A stretch of 63,763 nucleotides of DNA, counting the filler, from Folioceros fuciformis (Eukaryota), in the NCBI GenBank assembly GCA_049999805.1. It is 3 parts of 3 records of this genome, joined end to end, with 100 filler letters (N's around TTAATTAATTAA, not from the genome) between each part and the next. Parts side by side here need not be neighbours in the genome. Positions count along the whole stretch, not along the records: positions 32,770 to 63,763 come from JBNGIO010006268.1; 2 more parts are not named here. One strand, 5' to 3'. Both the position numbers and the translations under genes were made by a program. Under the pieces are notes generated by a model. It searched no databases and was not told the origin of the DNA. It saw only the letters and a list, made by a program, of their open reading frames with translations. Below are positions 63,301 to 63,763 of the stretch, piece after piece (positions within the stretch are counted from its first letter, which is position 1; each line of letters starts with the position of its first letter).

Positions 63301-63763
63301 GGAGATTGAACATGAGGTTGAGCTCTTCGCGGCTGGCTTGGTTGCTCCCCATCGCCACTCGATTCCTTCCCCTGATTGTCCTAAAATGATACTATTATCT
63401 TGTACCATGGGTTCAACCTAACTACCCGCAAGCACTTATATGCAGCGGACAAGAAGGCCATTAGAGACAAACTTAGTGCATTGTGTGGGTGCATAGAGGC
63501 ACCAAGCGAGACAGGTTGTGATGATAGTGATGATAACAATGATGATGTCGTTACGTAGACGATGTATGATGACGTTTTGGATCAAGTCACTAATGACAAT
63601 TGCGAGCTGTTATTAGGAAATTAGATCATAGGCAGCAGTAAACACCCATTGTCCTCTATGTATCAACCGTTGATAAATAGTTAGGATTTACATGTTTTCA
63701 TCCACTTTGGTAGAATTGTTGAGAGTAAAAGCCAACACATAGTCTAAGTAACGTTAGGGTTAG

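Overview
Eukaryotic nuclear DNA from a plant draft assembly. Short GT-AG introns, telo-boxes, tRNA-iMet PBS Copia elements and a ZBBX-like motif suggest a seed-free streptophyte such as a bryophyte (inference). There are three N-gaps, two carrying an artificial TTAATTAATTAA linker. Host genes: MAF1, tRNA-Gly(GCC), a DPD1-like DEDDh exonuclease, a C2H2/PARP-like protein, PurM/PUR5, RPS12 head-to-head with SURF6/RRP14, an intronless DnaJ pseudogene and a ZBBX-like fragment. Repeats: decayed L1-type LINEs and four short-LTR Ty1/Copia elements, three of them nested in one LINE. Two observations stand out. (1) The Copia elements carry accessory genes: an ORF0 between the PBS and gag, and an antisense membrane-protein ORF next to the 3' LTR. 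Both appear conserved at the protein level between distinct elements. (2) The DPD1-like gene continues past its stop into spliced, decayed MutS-connector-like and DnaX/STICHEL-C-terminal-like coding sequence. All homology calls are by-eye motif recognition; no database search was run.
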